From NCBI GenBank assembly GCA_050304095.1, contig JBNLDA010000001.1, positions 1 through 33,989 on the forward strand: a stretch of 33,989 nucleotides of DNA. The letters are read 5' to 3'. Every line of letters begins with the position of its first letter. Position 1 is the first letter of the stretch. Below are positions 17,931 to 26,256 of the stretch, in pieces. This DNA is from Arcobacteraceae bacterium. GTDB lineage: Bacteria > Campylobacterota > Campylobacteria > Campylobacterales > Arcobacteraceae. The notes under the pieces were generated by a model. It was not told where the DNA came from. It saw nothing but the letters and a program-made list of their open reading frames with translations, and made no database searches. A program made the translations under genes and the position numbers.

Positions 17931-19778
17931 TTATAAGTTTATCACGCAAGATAGATTGTCTGTGTATCTAAATACTTGATTTCTACCTTGTTCCTTTGCT
18001 TTATAAAGAGCAATATCGGCAAATTTTACTGCTGTTGCAAAATCATCTGTATCATCAGGAACTATACTTACTCCAATACTAAGTGTTCTATTTAATGTAT
18101 AGCCTTGTTTGATATTAAATTCTTTCTTTTCTACATTCATTCTAATTTTTTCAGCTACTTTCATAGCTGATTCTTCAGTATTTTCACCCACTAAAAGAAT
18201 TAAAAACTCTTCTCCACCATATCTAATTGCAAGATCAGATTCACGAATTGATTCTTTTAAAATTATAGCCACATCTTCTAAAATTTTATCACCAATATCG
18301 TGTCCATATTCATCATTAACTGATTTAAAATGATCAATATCTAAAAGTAAGATTGCTAAATTAAAATGGTCTCTTTTTACTTGCGGGATCAATTTTTTCA
18401 GACTTTCTTCTAAATATTTTCTATTAAATAAACCAGTAAGTGTATCAGTATAAGCTGATTGTTGAAGTTTTTGCATTAAAAGATGTACTTCAAGAAGTGG
18501 TGTTGATTCGTATACATAACTTTTGATAAATGGCATATTGAGATTGATTGATTCTAACTCTTCATTTGTCTTAACTATGAAACTTAAAATTAATTTGTTG
18601 TGCTTATCAATATCTGCATGAATACAATGATATTTGTATTCATTATTGTTAAAACATGTACAAGTTTGATGAAAATCTGATGAGATGACATCTCCAGAGA
18701 TTTTTGTTGCTCTACAATTAAGAGGGTTCTCTAGTAACTGTTGCTTACAAAAAGTTAGATCACCATGTTCTATAACAGTATTCACAGTTTTGTTTTTATT
18801 GTCTATTTCATAGATATTGAAATGATTGAGATGAAATTGCGATATAAGGATTTGACTTAATCTATTGTAAATAGCTTCTTTACTATCATCTTGTTCAATC
18901 TCTTTTTTAAATTGATAGATTAATGAAAGTTTTGAGACAATTTCACTAGCATTATCAATAGGATTAGCATTGGTTACAGTTTTGTTTCCAATAAATATTT
19001 TGAGTTTTTGGTCAATGCTTTCAAAAGTATTTTGTAGTTTATGATTAAGTTTATTGTATTGTACTACTAGCTCTAAAGAATCTTTGTTGAGTTCTTCATC
19101 AATATCGAATTCAATTGGCTTGAATACGCCTTGACTCAATAACCCAAATCTATCTAGAAGTTTATTGATCATTTGAAAATGAACATTCATCATTTTATTT
19201 AAAAATGGAATGATGAGTAAAATAATAAATATTAAGAAGATCAATGTAAATGAAATCGTTTTGATTCCTGTAATTTGTGCTTTTGAAATATCTAATTCAA
19301 TACTAACTGCACCTAAAGTATCACCATATTTTACATTGTGACATTTTGTACAGTCTATAAATTGATTTACTTCTGCATTATAAGGAATAGTAACTCGAAT
19401 AGTAGGGATGGTTTCTATTTCTTTAAAATCAAATGCCATTTTTCCCGTATTAAGTACTTGACGATCAATCGAATCTCTTGGGAGATTATGATTTTGACTT
19501 TTCCCAAATTGGTCATCAACAAGATTAGATCGAACGACCCAAAGGTCTTTTACATTGTGTAAAGTTGAAATTGAATTAAGAAAAACCTCTTTTTGATCCA
19601 TATTGCCGTTAAGCATATGGGCAGTTAAACCTTTTTTAACGAGTTCAGAGATTATCTCTGCTTTTTCAATAGTCGAATTGATGCCACTTTTACGAAATTG
19701 ATAAATAGAGAATAGGCTGATAATAGTAGTTGAGATAACAATTATCACAATAAATCTATTAATAATTTTTTTCTGCAT
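17931..19778 (-). CDS. Membrane diguanylate cyclase: periplasmic CXXCH (DUF3365/Tll0287-like heme c) sensor, Cys-rich GAF-like domain, canonical GGEEF
   Basis: TM1 FIVIIVISTTIISLF. Periplasmic CTKCHNVKYGDTLGAVSIE (codons at 19338-19352). TM2 ISFTLIFLIFIILLIIPFL. DIDHFKSVNDEYGHDIGDKIL. RESDLAIRYGGEEFLILL. Confidence 0.85.
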   Translation of the reverse strand: MQKKIINRFIVIIVISTTIISLFSIYQFRKSGINSTIEKAEIISELVKKGLTAHMLNGNMDQKEVFLNSISTLHNVKDLWVVRSNLVDDQFGKSQNHNLPRDSIDRQVLNTGKMAFDFKEIETIPTIRVTIPYNAEVNQFIDCTKCHNVKYGDTLGAVSIELDISKAQITGIKTISFTLIFLIFIILLIIPFLNKMMNVHFQMINKLLDRFGLLSQGVFKPIEFDIDEELNKDSLELVVQYNKLNHKLQNTFESIDQKLKIFIGNKTVTNANPIDNASEIVSKLSLIYQFKKEIEQDDSKEAIYNRLSQILISQFHLNHFNIYEIDNKNKTVNTVIEHGDLTFCKQQLLENPLNCRATKISGDVISSDFHQTCTCFNNNEYKYHCIHADIDKHNKLILSFIVKTNEELESINLNMPFIKSYVYESTPLLEVHLLMQKLQQSAYTDTLTGLFNRKYLEESLKKLIPQVKRDHFNLAILLLDIDHFKSVNDEYGHDIGDKILEDVAIILKESIRESDLAIRYGGEEFLILLVGENTEESAMKVAEKIRMNVEKKEFNIKQGYTLNRTLSIGVSIVPDDTDDFATAVKFADIALYKAKEQGRNQVFRYTDNLSCVINL

Positions 19779-19845
19779 TTTATTTATAACTCGTTTATAT
19801 GGTATTAAGTTTAAATTATAGTATAAAAAAACTTAATATTTAAAG

Positions 19846-20439
19846 TTATAAATAATTTTTCCAAGCCTTGAGAGATTCTTTTTCAGTGAATAAATCAGTT
19901 GATGGCCCATGTCCTGGATAGATCTTATAGTTCTCTTTCCAAGCTAAAATTTTATCAATACTTTTCACCATATCTTTAGGATTTGAATAAGGAAAATCAA
20001 CTCTACCAATAGAGTGTTGAAAAATAAAATCGCCACTAAACATAGTGTTTTCAAATGTTATAACACTACATCCAGGCGTGTGCCCAGAGAAAAAATGATA
20101 CGCAAATTTTACACCATCAAGTTCAAATTTTTGATCGTTTTCTACCAACACATCTACTGTACTTTTTGGTGTACCTTGTCCAAATGGGTCATTTTGTAGC
20201 ATAAAAGCATCTTCTTTTGGACAATAAATTGGGATATTGAGTTTCTCTTTAACTTCTTGATTACTCCATACATGATCAAAATGTCCATGCGTATTTAAAA
20301 TAGCTATAGGATTTTTTGTATTTTGAATTATCCAAGGGGTTGCATCAACACCAGGATCGATTATAAAATCTTTTTCATCAATTGTGATAATATAACAATT
20401 TGTTTGGTAAGCTCCCATTGGATGCATTTGTATTTGCAT
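19846..20439 (-). CDS. MBL-fold metallo-hydrolase (glyoxalase II-like)
   Basis: NTHGHFDH metal motif. HTPGC. PGHGP near the C-terminus. Confidence 0.85.
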   Translation of the reverse strand: MQIQMHPMGAYQTNCYIITIDEKDFIIDPGVDATPWIIQNTKNPIAILNTHGHFDHVWSNQEVKEKLNIPIYCPKEDAFMLQNDPFGQGTPKSTVDVLVENDQKFELDGVKFAYHFFSGHTPGCSVITFENTMFSGDFIFQHSIGRVDFPYSNPKDMVKSIDKILAWKENYKIYPGHGPSTDLFTEKESLKAWKNYL

Positions 20440-20496
20440 TTAACTATCCTTGTGCTAAAATATAAAAATTATATTAACAAAAAAAGAGTTAAATTA

Positions 20497-21312
20497 ATGT
20501 TTTTTTCATCACTTGAAGATATCGCTTTAACACAAAGTCCCAATGACAAAATTATAAAATTCAAAGAGTTTTATAACAACTATTTAAATAATAAAATTCA
20601 ATTTGAATCTGATTATACCCCTTATCAATTAGACAAACCATCATATAGTTCAGTCTTAAATGTAGTATTGCCTAAACAGGTAAAGCAACGTAAATATTTT
20701 GATACTATTGAGGGTAAGCAAATTTTATTACATACTATTGCTCATATCGAATATAGTGCTATTGATTTAGCTATTGATGCAAGTTTGAGATTTCCCAATA
20801 TGCCAAAAGATTTTTATGATGATTGGTTGGAAGTAGCCAATGATGAAGTAAGACATTTTGAGATGATAGAATCAGTAATGCACCAAACTGGGGTTTCATA
20901 TGGTGATTTTGAAGTGCATACAAATTTATTTGAGGCAATGAAAAATACTACCACTTTAGTTGAGCGAATGGCAATAGTACCACGATATTTAGAAGCTAAT
21001 GGACTTGATCAAAATCCAAAGATCATCAAAAAGCTTGAATCTAATCCTGATAAGCTTAATCAGCAAATTTTAGAACTACTCTATATCATTTTAGAAGAAG
21101 AGGTTGATCATGTGAAAAAAGGGGATAAGTGGTTTAAATATGCTTGTGAACAAGAGAATCTTGAACCAAATAGTACGTATATAGAATTACTTGAAAAGTA
21201 TTACCCTGGATCCACACAAAAACATTTGCATTTGAATTTTGAAGCAAGAAAAAAAGCCGGTTTTAGTTGCGATGAACTAAAACGACTTTCTAATCAAGAA
21301 GAGTGTGTTTAG
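20497..21312 (+). CDS. Ferritin-like DUF455 family protein
   Basis: [17 protein letters not shown]...[17 protein letters not shown]...[12 protein letters not shown]...EEEVDHV. The start is moved to the ATG at 20497, because the longer ORF from 20323 overlaps the divergent MBL gene. Confidence 0.8.
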   Translation: MFFSSLEDIALTQSPNDKIIKFKEFYNNYLNNKIQFESDYTPYQLDKPSYSSVLNVVLPKQVKQRKYFDTIEGKQILLHTIAHIEYSAIDLAIDASLRFPNMPKDFYDDWLEVANDEVRHFEMIESVMHQTGVSYGDFEVHTNLFEAMKNTTTLVERMAIVPRYLEANGLDQNPKIIKKLESNPDKLNQQILELLYIILEEEVDHVKKGDKWFKYACEQENLEPNSTYIELLEKYYPGSTQKHLHLNFEARKKAGFSCDELKRLSNQEECV

Positions 21313-22433
21313 TCAAACCAATTCTTCACTTTATCAAACATTGTTTCAAAGATCGACTCGTGAGGTTTGCTTTCAATTCCAAAACTCTCTTGAAGCTTTT
21401 CTAATAGCTCTTTTTGTTCATTGTTTAATGAAGTAGGGTATTGAATTTTGATCTGTACAATTAAATTCCCTCGTGCATTTCCTTGAACAGATTTAATCCC
21501 TTCATTTCTAAAAGTAAATTGTTCTTTATCTTTTGTTCCTTGAGGAATTTTAAGTTCTAATTCACCTCGTAGACCTGGAATGGTGATCGTATCACCAAGT
21601 GCTACTTGAGTAAAGAATAATGGTACTTCATAGTAAATATCACTTCCATGTCTTATGAAGTGTTTATCTTCTTTTACAGATATCTCGATGTATAGGTCAC
21701 CTCTTGAGCCATCTGGAGCAATATTTCCTTTTCCTCCAACTCTCATTCGGTTTCCGTTATCGATTCCCTCAGGAATATTCACTTCAAAAGTCTCAGTGAC
21801 TTCTTCATATCCTAAACCGTTACAATCAGAACATTTTTCTGCTACTTCTTGCCCTGAACCGTGACAAGCTGGACATGTTTGAGCGAAGGTCATAAATCCT
21901 TGTCTCATAGAAACTTGTCCTGCACCATTACAGGTTCTACAAGTAGACATCTTACCACCTTTAGCTCCAGTTCCTTTACAAGATTTACAAGCTTTTTTAT
22001 ATTTGTAAGATATGTCTTTTTTACATCCAAATACGGCTTCATTAAAGTCAATGTTGATTTGTGTAGCCATATCGAGGTTATAGTTATATGATTTTCTTTG
22101 TCTTTGACGTCTTGATCCACCACCAAAGGCTGAACCAAACATCTCTTCAAAGATTGATCCAAGATCATCAAATCCAGCACTGCTGAATCCTCCACCATGA
22201 CCATGTCCCTCTAATCCAGCTTTACCATACCTATCATATAGTGCTCGTTTCTCATCATCACTTAATACTTGATAGGCTTCATTAACAGCTTTAAACATTT
22301 CTTCAGCTTCATTGTCATCTGGATTTTTATCTGGGTGATATTTCATAGCCATTTTTCTGTAGGCTTTTTTGATAGTTCCTTTGTCGCTATCTCTAGAAAC
22401 TTCTAATAATTCGTAATAATCCAATTCAGTCAA
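21309..22433 (-). CDS. dnaJ: Molecular chaperone DnaJ
   Basis: J domain DYYELLEV...[18 protein letters not shown] region. Four CxxCxGxG repeats: [32 protein letters not shown]. Confidence 0.97.
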   Translation of the reverse strand: MTELDYYELLEVSRDSDKGTIKKAYRKMAMKYHPDKNPDDNEAEEMFKAVNEAYQVLSDDEKRALYDRYGKAGLEGHGHGGGFSSAGFDDLGSIFEEMFGSAFGGGSRRQRQRKSYNYNLDMATQINIDFNEAVFGCKKDISYKYKKACKSCKGTGAKGGKMSTCRTCNGAGQVSMRQGFMTFAQTCPACHGSGQEVAEKCSDCNGLGYEEVTETFEVNIPEGIDNGNRMRVGGKGNIAPDGSRGDLYIEISVKEDKHFIRHGSDIYYEVPLFFTQVALGDTITIPGLRGELELKIPQGTKDKEQFTFRNEGIKSVQGNARGNLIVQIKIQYPTSLNNEQKELLEKLQESFGIESKPHESIFETMFDKVKNWFD

Positions 22434-22506
22434 TTTTCCACTCCATAAACGTTAAGTTTTGTTATTATTTCCGCGATTTTATCCAAATGTGGATATAATT
22501 GAGCTT

Positions 22507-23079
22507 ATGAAAAAAGGTTTAGAAAAATTTTATGCTTTGGTTGATGCTTTTGAAGCATTGCCGACAATTGGTAAAAAATCTGCATTGCGATTAGCATATC
22601 ATGTAGTAATGCATGATACATATACGGGAATCAAATTAGCTCATTCAATTGAAAATGCTATTGGATCAATAACAAAATGTTCAAAATGCAACGGAATAAG
22701 TGAACATGAGATTTGTGAAGTGTGTCTTGATGATACAAGAGAAGATCAAATTTTATGTTTAGTGCAAAATGCGAAAGATATTTTTGTTTTGGAAGAATCT
22801 AAACAGTTCAATGGATTTTATTTTGTGATGGAAGAATTAGATGCAATTTTACTGCAAAATCTTGAGAATCTAGTTAAGGAAAGACAAATTAAAGAGATTT
22901 TATTCGCTTTAACTCCAAGCTTAGCCAATGATGCATTTATTTTATATATAGAAGATAAGCTTAAAGCATTTGATATATCATTTACGCAGATCGCTCAAGG
23001 GGTTCCAACTGGTGTGAGCTTGGATAATGTTGATTTACTATCTTTGAGTAAAGCTATTCAAAGTAAAGTGCATATTTAA
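22507..23079 (+). CDS. recR: Recombination protein RecR
   Basis: LPTIGKKSALRLAYHV HhH motif. Zinc finger CSKCNGISEHEICEVC. Toprim segment LCLVQNAKD. C-terminal GVPTGVSLDNVD. The ATG at 22507 is preferred. Confidence 0.92.
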   Translation: MKKGLEKFYALVDAFEALPTIGKKSALRLAYHVVMHDTYTGIKLAHSIENAIGSITKCSKCNGISEHEICEVCLDDTREDQILCLVQNAKDIFVLEESKQFNGFYFVMEELDAILLQNLENLVKERQIKEILFALTPSLANDAFILYIEDKLKAFDISFTQIAQGVPTGVSLDNVDLLSLSKAIQSKVHI

Positions 23080-23104
23080 TTATTTTTGAGTATAATCTTT
23101 CACT

Positions 23105-23278
23105 ATGGATGAAAAAATAGTTTGTCAAAAGTGTAAATACTATTATGTTACTTGGGAACAGAATAAACCCCATGGTTGTAAGGCCTATGGATTCAAATCT
23201 GCAACAATACCCTCAACTGTTGTAAAACAAAGTAGTGGAATAGCGTGTAGTTTTTATACTTTAAAACACAATAAATAG
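23105..23278 (+). CDS. Unlisted 57-aa Cys-rich small protein, possibly zinc-ribbon-like
   Basis: Hand translation gives MDEKIVCQKCKYYYVTWEQNKPHGCKAYGFKSATIPSTVVKQSSGIACSFYTLKHNK, ending in TAG at 23276-23278. It has CxxC plus two further Cys. TATAAT at 23091-23096 lies only 8 nt upstream and there is no SD. Confidence 0.5.
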   Translation: MDEKIVCQKCKYYYVTWEQNKPHGCKAYGFKSATIPSTVVKQSSGIACSFYTLKHNK

Positions 23279-23289
23279 TCAGGAATACT

Positions 23290-24771
23290 ATGAAAATTAA
23301 CGAACACTTAGCGTTGTTTCTTGAAAATAAAAATACTGTGCTTCTTGGTTGGATGAATTACCAACCTGTAGAAGATGTTCTAAACTCTCTAAAAATAGAT
23401 AAAGATCAATTTGTTATACAATATGCTAATCAAGTATTTGATTTTTATATGGAAGTTATTGAAGATGATTCTAAAATTGGAAATTGTCCAGCATTAAAAG
23501 ATCTTATTGTATATTTAAAAGACAACAATGTCTCATCAAGCCAATTATTCGTTTTATGTAACGGTTTTAGATATGCAATAGTACAACTAGCTTATGATAA
23601 ATCAATCATTAATTTGGATATTGAAAAAGAGATCAATTATTTATTTGAAAACAACTTTAAAGGGGTGTTGGATATTTACTTTAACACCATTAATGAGGTT
23701 GAATTAAAATTAGCCAAAACAGTAAAAATGATGAGTGAGCACATAATCTCATCTCAAACTGACACAAAAGGTATTATCACACATGTTTCCGATGCTTTTT
23801 GTAAGATTAGTGGTTATAGTGCGCAAGAATTGATTGGACAACCACACAATATCATTCGACACCCAAATACTCCATCAAGAGTCTTCAAAGATCTATGGGA
23901 TACGATCCAATCAGGTAAAACATGGCGTGGTGAAATTGAAAATATGGATAAAAATGGTAAATCTTATTGGGTAGATGCAACGATTGAGCCAATTTTTAAA
24001 GATGATACGATTATAGGATATAACGCGGTAAGACAAGATATTACCTCTAAAAAATTAGTTCAGTCACAGCAACATATGATCATTGAACAATCAAAGTCTG
24101 CAGCTATGGGAGAGATGATTTCTATGATCGCTCATCAATGGCGACAACCATTGCAAGCAGTCTCGATATTGGTTCAAAAACTTCCACTAACAAAAATGAT
24201 CGATGGAGAATTAACTGACGAAGCACTTGATCAAGTAGTTGAAGATGTAAGTGTTCAGTTGAATTATATGTCTAAAACGATTGATGATTTTAGAAATTTC
24301 TTTAAACCAAACAAAGAAAAAGAACATATTGTAGTATCGGAATTGATCGCAAAAGTAAAAGATTTCTTGGCATATATGTTGAAGATTGATCAAATTGATT
24401 TTATCGTTGAATATGAAAATGATGTGGATGTACGTATATATATTAATGAAATTGTACAAGTATTGATCAATATCATTAAAAATGCTCGTGATGCGATGAT
24501 TGAAAATAAGATTGAAAATCGAAAAATCATCATTAGATTTGCACAAATTGATAATGATTTAGTTTTAACGATTGAAGATAATGCAGGTGGAATACCACAA
24601 GATGTTTTAGGGAAAATATTTGAACCATATTTTTCTACGAAATTTAATAAGAATGGTACAGGCTTGGGTCTTTATATGAGTAAAACAATCGTTGAAGAAC
24701 ATAGTCATGGAATGATAAAAGCACAAAATGGTGAGAATGGTGCCATTTTTACAATAAACTTACCACTATAA
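23290..24771 (+). CDS. Cytoplasmic PAS sensor histidine kinase with unknown helical N-terminal domain
   Basis: PAS: GIITHVSDAFCKISGYSAQELIGQPHNIIRHP...WRGEIENMDKNGKSYWVDATIEPI. H-box MGEMISMIAHQWRQPL. ATP-lid DNAGGI, FEPYFSTK, GTGLGLYM. AGGAA RBS. Confidence 0.9.
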   Translation: MKINEHLALFLENKNTVLLGWMNYQPVEDVLNSLKIDKDQFVIQYANQVFDFYMEVIEDDSKIGNCPALKDLIVYLKDNNVSSSQLFVLCNGFRYAIVQLAYDKSIINLDIEKEINYLFENNFKGVLDIYFNTINEVELKLAKTVKMMSEHIISSQTDTKGIITHVSDAFCKISGYSAQELIGQPHNIIRHPNTPSRVFKDLWDTIQSGKTWRGEIENMDKNGKSYWVDATIEPIFKDDTIIGYNAVRQDITSKKLVQSQQHMIIEQSKSAAMGEMISMIAHQWRQPLQAVSILVQKLPLTKMIDGELTDEALDQVVEDVSVQLNYMSKTIDDFRNFFKPNKEKEHIVVSELIAKVKDFLAYMLKIDQIDFIVEYENDVDVRIYINEIVQVLINIIKNARDAMIENKIENRKIIIRFAQIDNDLVLTIEDNAGGIPQDVLGKIFEPYFSTKFNKNGTGLGLYMSKTIVEEHSHGMIKAQNGENGAIFTINLPL

Positions 24772-24783
24772 AAGGATTGAAAT

Positions 24784-25707
24784 TTGTTATATGAAGAATT
24801 AAAAGTTAAATGTAACCACTTGGGTTTTTCCAATTTAGAGGACTTTGCTAAATATATTGGAGTTACTGCTTCAGATGTTTTGGAATGGGAAGAAAAAGAT
24901 ACTGTTCCATATACGGTGTCATTGATTATCCATTTACTCAATAATGAAAAAGAAGTACCAGTTGCAAATTCATTAGATGCAATGGTAGAAGAGTGTTTAC
25001 CATTGGCAACATTACTTGAAGAAGCATCAAGTTTTCCACATAAACTTGAAGAGATGTTCTTACTTCAAAAAGAATTAAATGATAATACTAATGGTAAAAA
25101 TTGGGAGTTGGGAGTTAATAAATTTGATAAAGAGATAAATTGGCTAAGATGTATTCATATGGAAGTAGCTGAATTGATTGATTCAACTCCTTGGAAACAT
25201 TGGAAAAATATTAAAGATGATCCAGATATGAACAATATCCATGTAGAATTAGTTGATATTTGGCACTTTTTGATGAGTTATGTTCTCTCTGAAACAAATA
25301 TTCCAAAAGCAGTTTCATTGGTCAATACACATTGTATCTATGAAGCGAGTGAAGATTTAGATATCAAATTACTTATTAAAGAAACGGAAAAATTATCATA
25401 TATTGCTTTAGCAATTCAAACTGGAAATATGCCTTCATTTAGTGGAATAGAGAGGTTTATTGATCAATTTTTTAGATGTTGTAAGATCTCTGGTCTTAGT
25501 TTTACATGGCTACAAAAACTTTATATTGGTAAAAATTGTTTGAATCAATTTAGGCAAGATAATGGGTATAAAGAAGGTACCTATATAAAAGTCTGGAATG
25601 GTGATGAGGATAATGTTGTTATGGTAGCACTTCTAGAACAAATGGAAAATGTTAGCTTCAATGTTCTCTATGAAGCTTTACAAGAAAAGTATGATCAAGC
25701 AAAGTAA
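24784..25707 (+). CDS. dut: Dimeric (all-alpha, Campylobacter-type) dUTPase with ~65-aa HTH-like N-terminal extension
   Basis: LQKELNDNTNGKNWELG, WLRCIHMEVAELIDSTPWKHWKN, VELVDIWHFLMSY, FRQDNGYKEGTYIKVWNG. N-terminus LGFSNLEDFAKYIGVTASDVLEWEEKDTVP. TTG start at 24784 with AAAGGA 7 nt upstream; an alternative ATG lies at 24982. Confidence 0.8.
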   Translation: MLYEELKVKCNHLGFSNLEDFAKYIGVTASDVLEWEEKDTVPYTVSLIIHLLNNEKEVPVANSLDAMVEECLPLATLLEEASSFPHKLEEMFLLQKELNDNTNGKNWELGVNKFDKEINWLRCIHMEVAELIDSTPWKHWKNIKDDPDMNNIHVELVDIWHFLMSYVLSETNIPKAVSLVNTHCIYEASEDLDIKLLIKETEKLSYIALAIQTGNMPSFSGIERFIDQFFRCCKISGLSFTWLQKLYIGKNCLNQFRQDNGYKEGTYIKVWNGDEDNVVMVALLEQMENVSFNVLYEALQEKYDQAK

Positions 25708-25717
25708 TTGCTTGATC
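25693..25717. terminator. Perfect 10-bp hairpin between convergent dut and the gamma-CA-like gene; candidate bidirectional terminator
   Basis: gatcaagcaa (25693-25702), loop agtaa (contains the dut stop codon), ttgcttgatc (25708-25717). Confidence 0.6.
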
Positions 25718-25731
25718 GTTGAATCATAAAC

Positions 25732-26256
25732 TTATCTGTATTCGTCTTTAAACTTCACATACCGAGCAGCATGCTCAATCAAGCCATCAACTTCATCTTG
25801 AGACAATGTTCTTACTACTTTAGCTGGACTTCCAACTATCAAACTATGTGGTGGAAATACTTTATTGCTAGTTACGAGTGAATGAGCTCCAACGATACTA
25901 CCTTTTCCAATAACGGCTCCATCTAGGATTGTAGCACTCATGCCAATTAAACAACCATCTTCAATGGTACATCCGTGGAGCATTACCTTGTGTCCTATTG
26001 TGACATCATTTCCAATTATTGTTGGATTTCCATCGCTCATATCTTCTTTTTTATAGTGAGTGACATGTACCATAGATAAGTCTTGAATAGAGGTTCGATC
26101 TCCAATTTCAATTTTATGAACATCACCCCTTACAACAGTTCCAAACCAAATAGAACTATCTTCACCAATAGTTACATTACCAATAATATCTGCACTTGGA
26201 GCGATCCAAGAGTTTTTGCCAATTTTAGGGAACCATTGTTTAAATTTTAAAAGCAT
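25732..26256 (-). CDS. Gamma-carbonic-anhydrase-like hexapeptide-repeat (LbH) protein
   Basis: IAPSADIIGNVTIGEDSSIWFGTVVRGD hexapeptide repeats. His ligand pattern MVHV ... IGHKVMLHG. Its start overlaps the M14 gene stop by 1 nt (TAATG). Confidence 0.85.
   Translation of the reverse strand: MLLKFKQWFPKIGKNSWIAPSADIIGNVTIGEDSSIWFGTVVRGDVHKIEIGDRTSIQDLSMVHVTHYKKEDMSDGNPTIIGNDVTIGHKVMLHGCTIEDGCLIGMSATILDGAVIGKGSIVGAHSLVTSNKVFPPHSLIVGSPAKVVRTLSQDEVDGLIEHAARYVKFKDEYR

Noticed and set aside
20323-20496. 58-codon N-terminal extension of the DUF455 ORF
   Set aside because: The extension overlaps the divergent MBL-hydrolase gene and the shared promoter region, and its translation is nonsense-like. 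The ATG at 20497 begins the conserved sequence. For similar reasons I trimmed recR (22459 to 22507), cmoB (15051 to 15066), the M20 peptidase (32327 to 32297) and argG (33655 to 33637).
21655-22204. Three alternative-frame ORFs (21655..21864 +, 21861..22091 +, 21905..22204 -) within dnaJ
   Set aside because: dnaJ is unambiguous (J domain, G/F region, four CxxCxGxG repeats). The alternatives are Ser/Thr/Phe-rich frame artefacts.
22434-22506. Heat-shock operator (CIRCE or HAIR) upstream of dnaJ
   Set aside because: I looked for TTAGCACTC-N9-GAGTGCTAA and CTTGAGT-N7-ACTCAAG. Only a weak 5-4-5 inverted repeat (atcca-aatg-tggat) is present, which is not convincing.
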